A DNA stretch of 49,465 nucleotides from Candidatus Adlerbacteria bacterium (GTDB lineage: Bacteria > Patescibacteriota > Minisyncoccia > Phycocordibacterales > SBAW01): positions 1 through 49,465 of the forward strand of contig CAIUOD010000004.1 in assembly GCA_903900775.1 (NCBI GenBank), read 5' to 3'. Both the position numbers and the translations under genes were made by a program. This document shows, piece by piece, positions 44,970 to 49,465 of the stretch. Under the pieces are notes generated by a model. That model made no database searches and had not been told where the DNA came from. It saw only the letters and a program-made list of their open reading frames with translations. Within the stretch, counting starts at the first letter, position 1, and each line of letters begins with the position of its first letter.

Positions 44970-45938
44970 TTACTCCCCCACACAGGTACGGCGGTCGGGT
45001 TGGAGAACAATGGGGATTTCGGTGAGAGAAGCGACACCTTGGGGCGTGAAGCCGACCGAGAGCAGGAGGCCGTGGTCGACCGCGCTTGAAAAATATTGAT
45101 CAAAGATAAGGTTGCCGAGCGAATAATAAATCGGCACGCCCTGATAATTTTCGCTCTGCTCGACGACATGCGGATGCGAGCCAACCACCAATATCGCGCC
45201 CGCCTCGACAAATTTATGCGCGAGCAAAACTATCCGCGCGGGTGCGCTCTCGGCATATTCGTCGCCCCAGTGCGCGAAGACGACCGGCACAAACCCTCTC
45301 GATTTTTCTTGCGCGATTTGGGCGAGCGTTGTTGAGCCCGTGGCCTCGCTCGGGCTGGGGTCGAACTCGTTGTAGCCGATAAGCGCGAGCTGAACGCCGT
45401 TAATAGCTTCTTCGGCCACGGTGTGCCCCATGGGCTCGCCCGCCACGGCGGGCTCGCCAAAGTATCGCTCCCCCGCCGCCTTGAGATACGCTTCGGTCGA
45501 AATAATACCCTCCTCGCCAAAATTATAGATATGATTATTGCCGAGGCTGACCAGCCCCATGTGATGCGCCGCCAAGAGCGCGGCGGTTTGCGGCGCGAAG
45601 GTAAAAATATAATTAGCGGGGCTGTCGGGAATCGAAGCGAGGCTTATTGAAGGGCTCTCGGTTATCGGCCCTTCGAGATTGGCCACCACCAAGTCGGCAC
45701 TTTTGAGCGTCTCATCGAGGCACGAAAAAATATAGTCGCCGCCGTGCGCGCTCATGGCGGCGCGCACCGATCGATCAAACATCATGTCGCCGCCAAAAAG
45801 CACGCGAGCTTGGGGTTGGACGTGCACGGTGCTCGGTTTATCGACAAACACCGCGAGTCTCTCCTTTTCTGGAGTGGTTAAAATCGGATAGAGCAACCCG
45901 AGCGCGACCAGCGCCCCGGCAAAAAGCCACTTTTGCAT
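44970..45938 (-). CDS. capA: CapA-family (PGA_cap) metallophosphatase-like protein
   Basis: 322 aa. VANLEGPITES, LGNNHIYNFGEEG, VVFAHWGDEY, VGSHPHVVE, YSLGNLIFDQ. Confidence 0.8.
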   Translation of the reverse strand: MQKWLFAGALVALGLLYPILTTPEKERLAVFVDKPSTVHVQPQARVLFGGDMMFDRSVRAAMSAHGGDYIFSCLDETLKSADLVVANLEGPITESPSISLASIPDSPANYIFTFAPQTAALLAAHHMGLVSLGNNHIYNFGEEGIISTEAYLKAAGERYFGEPAVAGEPMGHTVAEEAINGVQLALIGYNEFDPSPSEATGSTTLAQIAQEKSRGFVPVVFAHWGDEYAESAPARIVLLAHKFVEAGAILVVGSHPHVVEQSENYQGVPIYYSLGNLIFDQYFSSAVDHGLLLSVGFTPQGVASLTEIPIVLQPDRRTCVGE

Positions 45939-45956
45939 GTCGCTACTATAACGCGT

Positions 45957-47597
45957 TTATACTTTCTTTTGCTCCTTAGCCGCCTTAACAAATGCGACAA
46001 AAAGCGGGTGCGGCGAAAGCGGCCGCGAGAGAAATTCGGGATGGAATTGCGTGCCCAAGAAGAACGGGTGCTCACTTTTGGGGAGCTCGGCTATTTCCAT
46101 GAGGCGGCCATCCGGGGATTTGCCCGAAAAGACGAGACCGGCCGCTTCGAGTTTTTCAATATATTCGGGATTAACCTCATAGCGGTGGCGATGACGCTCA
46201 TCGGTTTTTTCCCTATTGTATGCTTCGTACGCCACACTCCCCACTTTGAGTTCGCAGGGATAGGTGCCGAGCCGCATCGTACCGCCATAGTCTTGCTTGG
46301 TTAATTTCTCCACCTGGTCGGGCATGACGTCGATGACCGGATGGGGCGCATTTTTGTCGACTTCGGCCGTGTTGGCATCCGCGAGCCCCGCCATGTGGCG
46401 CGCGTACTCGATCGTGAGCCACTGCATGCCGTAGCACAGCCCGAGGTACGGCATCTTGTGCTCGCGGGCAAATTGGATTGCCAAGACGATACCCTCAACC
46501 CCGCGCGAGCCGAAGCCGCCCGGCACCAGGATGCCGTCATAGTGCGCGAGATCTTCGAGCTTGTTCGGGTCGCGCTCGTATTCTTCTGAGTCAAGATAGG
46601 AAAGTTTTGGTTTGACGCCATTATAGTAGCCGGCGGTCTTGAGCGCCTCGATGACCGAGATATAGACATCCGAGAGCACGTAGTCGCCGGATTTAAAGTA
46701 TTTCCCCACCACAGCTATCTCGAGCTCGCGCTCGGGACTCTTGGTTTTTTGGACAAACGCCTGCCACGCCGAGAGGTCGGTGTCGCGCGAAGGGAGCCCC
46801 AGGAGATTGGTCAAAATGTCGCCGAGGCCGTCCTTCTCATAATTAATCGGCACATCGTAAATACTCTCGACGTCAGGCGCCGAAATGACCTGTTCGGTCG
46901 GGATGTTGCAGAAGATGGCGATTTTCTCTTTGCGCTTTTGGTCCAGAGGCACCGGTGCGCGCGCCAAGATTACATCGGCCTGGAGGCCGACCGAGTTTAA
47001 AGAGCGCGCCGCGTATTGCGTGGGTTTGGTCTTCATCTCGCCGATGGTCGAAGGGATCGGCACATAGGAGACCATCACCACCGCCACATCGCGCGGATAT
47101 TTTTGCTTTAACATGCGCACCGCCTCAAGGAAGATGATGTTTTGATATTCGCCGATGGTGCCGCCAATCTCAACAATGGTGATGTCGGCCCCCGCTTTTT
47201 GCTGGGCCAGCGTAATGCGGCGTAGAACCTCGAGCGGGATGTCGGGCACCACCTCGACATTTTTGCCACCATATTCAAGATTGCGCTCGCGCCTGATGAC
47301 CTCTTGGTAGACGCGGCCGGTCGTGAGGTAGTTGGCCTCGGGCAAATCAACGCCCATAAAGCGCTCGTAGTTGCCCATGTCTTGGTCGCACTCGTAGCCG
47401 TCGTCGAGCACGAAAACCTCGCCATGCTCGGTCGGGTTCATCGTACCGGCGTCGACATTGATATAGGGGTCGATTTTTATCGCCGTCGTTTTAAAACCTT
47501 TGGATTGTAAAATCCGGCCGATCGAAGAGACCGAAACACCTTTCCCGATTCCGGACATCACCCCTCCCACGACGAAAATGTATTTCGGTTGTTGCAT
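45957..47597 (-). CDS. pyrG: CTP synthase
   Basis: 546 aa. KYIFVVGGVMSGIGKG..., glutaminase domain GLCYGMQ, and HRHRYEVN. Confidence 0.97.
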   Translation of the reverse strand: MQQPKYIFVVGGVMSGIGKGVSVSSIGRILQSKGFKTTAIKIDPYINVDAGTMNPTEHGEVFVLDDGYECDQDMGNYERFMGVDLPEANYLTTGRVYQEVIRRERNLEYGGKNVEVVPDIPLEVLRRITLAQQKAGADITIVEIGGTIGEYQNIIFLEAVRMLKQKYPRDVAVVMVSYVPIPSTIGEMKTKPTQYAARSLNSVGLQADVILARAPVPLDQKRKEKIAIFCNIPTEQVISAPDVESIYDVPINYEKDGLGDILTNLLGLPSRDTDLSAWQAFVQKTKSPERELEIAVVGKYFKSGDYVLSDVYISVIEALKTAGYYNGVKPKLSYLDSEEYERDPNKLEDLAHYDGILVPGGFGSRGVEGIVLAIQFAREHKMPYLGLCYGMQWLTIEYARHMAGLADANTAEVDKNAPHPVIDVMPDQVEKLTKQDYGGTMRLGTYPCELKVGSVAYEAYNREKTDERHRHRYEVNPEYIEKLEAAGLVFSGKSPDGRLMEIAELPKSEHPFFLGTQFHPEFLSRPLSPHPLFVAFVKAAKEQKKV

Positions 47598-47612
47598 ACG
47601 AGTTCGAATCTA

Positions 47613-48548
47613 TTAAATTTTTAAATATCGCCGCACCGCCAAAAACGACGCCACCCCGCCGAGGACGACCCCCGTGCCGACGATAGCCAAGAAGAAGAGC
47701 CCGAAGTGCGAGAGGTAGTAGGAGAAGACGTTTATCCCGCCGAGGAAATCTTGCGTGGCGTTGCCCATCCACCAGGTGAGCGGATAAAAGAGGAGGAGCG
47801 TTGTGAGCCCGGCCACGAGCCCGTAGAAGACCCCTTCGACCATGAACGGTGCGCGGATATAGAACGCGCCCGCGCCAACTAAACGCATGATTTGTATTTC
47901 GTCGCGGCTGGTATAAATCGCCAGCCGAAGCGTGTTAAAAGAGATAGCGATAGTGGTGAAGATCAGTATCGCGATGATGATGAGGCCGAGCCGTTGCGCC
48001 GAATTGGTTATGTCTTCAAGCTTCGTGAGCGCCTGCTGGTGCTCGGCGTCGAAGTAGTTGACCTTATCGATAACGCTCGGAGCGCCATTCGCCGAGAGCG
48101 CCTGCTGTTGTTCAAGGAACTGCGCGATAGCGCCATATTGTGAAATATCTTTGGCCTTAATGTTCAGTACCGCGCCCAAGGGGTTGGTGCCGAGCTCGTC
48201 GAGCGCTTGTAGCGTCAGCTGATCATTTTGATGCTTCGCTCGAAAGGTCGCCAGCTCGTCGCTGGATGAGATAAATTGCACTGCGGCGACCTGCGGTAGC
48301 GCCTGTACTTGGGTCTGGAGCTGTGAGATCTGACCTTGCGATGCTGTGGTGGTGAAGTAGACATTCACGTCGGCCTTGTCGCGGAGGTCGCTTAAGGTCG
48401 AGTCGAGGATGACTCCCGCGAAGATAGTGACGCCAACCACGAAGAGCGTCACGGTCATCACGAGGATAGAGGCTAGTGAAACAAAACCGTTGCGCCAAAA
48501 ATCGAGGAACCCTGCGCGGAATATTCTTTTTATGACAATCCAGTCCAT
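47613..48548 (-). CDS. ftsX: Cell-division ABC transporter permease-like FtsX
   Basis: 311 aa. N-terminal TM, a large extracytoplasmic loop, three C-terminal TM, and EIQIMRLVGA. Confidence 0.85.
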   Translation of the reverse strand: MDWIVIKRIFRAGFLDFWRNGFVSLASILVMTVTLFVVGVTIFAGVILDSTLSDLRDKADVNVYFTTTASQGQISQLQTQVQALPQVAAVQFISSSDELATFRAKHQNDQLTLQALDELGTNPLGAVLNIKAKDISQYGAIAQFLEQQQALSANGAPSVIDKVNYFDAEHQQALTKLEDITNSAQRLGLIIIAILIFTTIAISFNTLRLAIYTSRDEIQIMRLVGAGAFYIRAPFMVEGVFYGLVAGLTTLLLFYPLTWWMGNATQDFLGGINVFSYYLSHFGLFFLAIVGTGVVLGGVASFLAVRRYLKI

Positions 48549-48550
48549 AG

Positions 48551-49231
48551 CTACAATATATACCTTCCTTCCCTATCGTCGCGGATAACATGCCCGCGGT
48601 CCATGGTGATAACGCGTTTCTTGAGCGCATCGATGACACCCTTGTTGTGGGTCGTGAGCAAGATGGTCGTGCCAAGGTCGTTAATCTTCTTTAAAATCTG
48701 CACGATTTCGAATGTGTTGACCGGGTCGAGGTTGCCGGTCGGTTCATCCGCAATAATGACATCTGGCTGATTAACGATGGCGCGCGCGATGGCCACGCGC
48801 TGTTGTTCGCCGCCGGAGAGTTGGCCGGGGAAATGGTTCATCTTCTCGCCGAGATCGACAAGCTCGAGCACATGCGGCACGTCAGAGCGGATCTCCTCTT
48901 CGGGGCGGCCCGAAGCCTCCATCGCAAAGGCGATATTTTCGTAGGCGGTCTTCTGCGGCAAGAGCCGGAAGTCCTGGAAGACGGTGCCGATTTTGCGCCG
49001 GAGATGGTTGATGCGATGGAGCGGCAAATCGTGCACGTTGACCGATTCAAAAAAAACAGCGCCGGAGGTCGGGCGCTCTTCGGCTAAGAGCATCTTTACG
49101 AGCGTCGTCTTCCCCGCGCCAGAGTGGCCGACGAAGGAGATAAACTCACCCGGCTCGACGGAGAAGGAAACATCCTCGAGTGCCACAGAGCTGTCGGCAT
49201 AGACTTTAGATACACGGTCAAAGTAGATCAT
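48551..49231 (-). CDS. ftsE: Cell-division ATP-binding protein FtsE
   Basis: 226 aa. Walker [10 protein letters not shown], signature LSGGEQQRV, Walker [12 protein letters not shown]. Confidence 0.92.
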   Translation of the reverse strand: MIYFDRVSKVYADSSVALEDVSFSVEPGEFISFVGHSGAGKTTLVKMLLAEERPTSGAVFFESVNVHDLPLHRINHLRRKIGTVFQDFRLLPQKTAYENIAFAMEASGRPEEEIRSDVPHVLELVDLGEKMNHFPGQLSGGEQQRVAIARAIVNQPDVIIADEPTGNLDPVNTFEIVQILKKINDLGTTILLTTHNKGVIDALKKRVITMDRGHVIRDDREGRYIL

Positions 49232-49278
49232 ATGGGAACAACTCCCTCATTGTAGTACGAACGACCCCGAGCTCCAAA

Positions 49279-49465
49279 TCATTGCTCTATGGTCTTCGGA
49301 ATGAGTTTGACGGTGACACTCTGTGAGAGCGGTTTGCCTCCCTTATCGTTGCAGGAGAGCGTAAAGGTAGTTTGGCCACCAATTGAGGCCACATAGGTGG
49401 CGGTGGTGGGAGTAGCCCCCGCGGCCCCAAAGGAACCCACAGTGGTCCCCAGCCCATCTTTGAGC
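49279..49465 (-). CDS. C-terminal end of a hypothetical (probably secreted, Ig-like) protein; partial at the right edge
   Basis: Not in the ORF track. The reverse frame reads ...LKDGLGTTVGSFGAAGATPTTATYVASIGGQTTFTLSCNDKGGKPLSQSVTVKLIPKTIEQ*, with its stop at 49279-49281. Confidence 0.4.
   Translation of the reverse strand, partial: LKDGLGTTVGSFGAAGATPTTATYVASIGGQTTFTLSCNDKGGKPLSQSVTVKLIPKTIEQ

Overview
High-GC (about 60% by eye) bacterial chromosome segment. The gene content suggests a small-genome CPR/Patescibacteria-like organism: Lys-rich GroES, LemA-HtpX, a sortase with an LPXTG substrate, and many small secreted hypothetical proteins. This taxonomic placement is inference only. The backbone is mostly housekeeping: a partial RND pump with its adaptor, tRNA-Ser, htpX, NUDIX, lemA, groES/groEL, secG, an orphan family-5 SBP, RNase J, a MutY-like glycosylase, an RRM protein, a MarR/adaptor/adaptor/MFS efflux operon, purB, lexA, cspA, a PRTase, a methyltransferase, tRNA-Gln, capA, pyrG and ftsEX. 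Five things stand out. (1) A ~4.2 kb accessory block lies directly after tRNA-Gln (40.7-44.9 kb). It holds a ClpP-like gene broken by an in-frame TAA, two paralogous orphan RHH genes, a 293-bp module duplicated exactly 1309 bp apart that is open on both strands, and three unrecognisable genes. No integrase is visible. (2) A four-gene secreted-protein locus (31.5-36.4 kb) is built on a recurring TG-x-A...N-x-x-N-T-N repeat, and its largest member has a peptidoglycan-binding tail. (3) A ~250-nt GC-rich structured non-coding region lies between htpX and tRNA-Ser. (4) A 39-bp promoter/operator module is duplicated around a lower-GC cassette of small membrane proteins. (5) An orphan promoter-terminator unit of about 100 nt lies after rnj. 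All calls come from reading the sequence and ORF translations. No database search was run.
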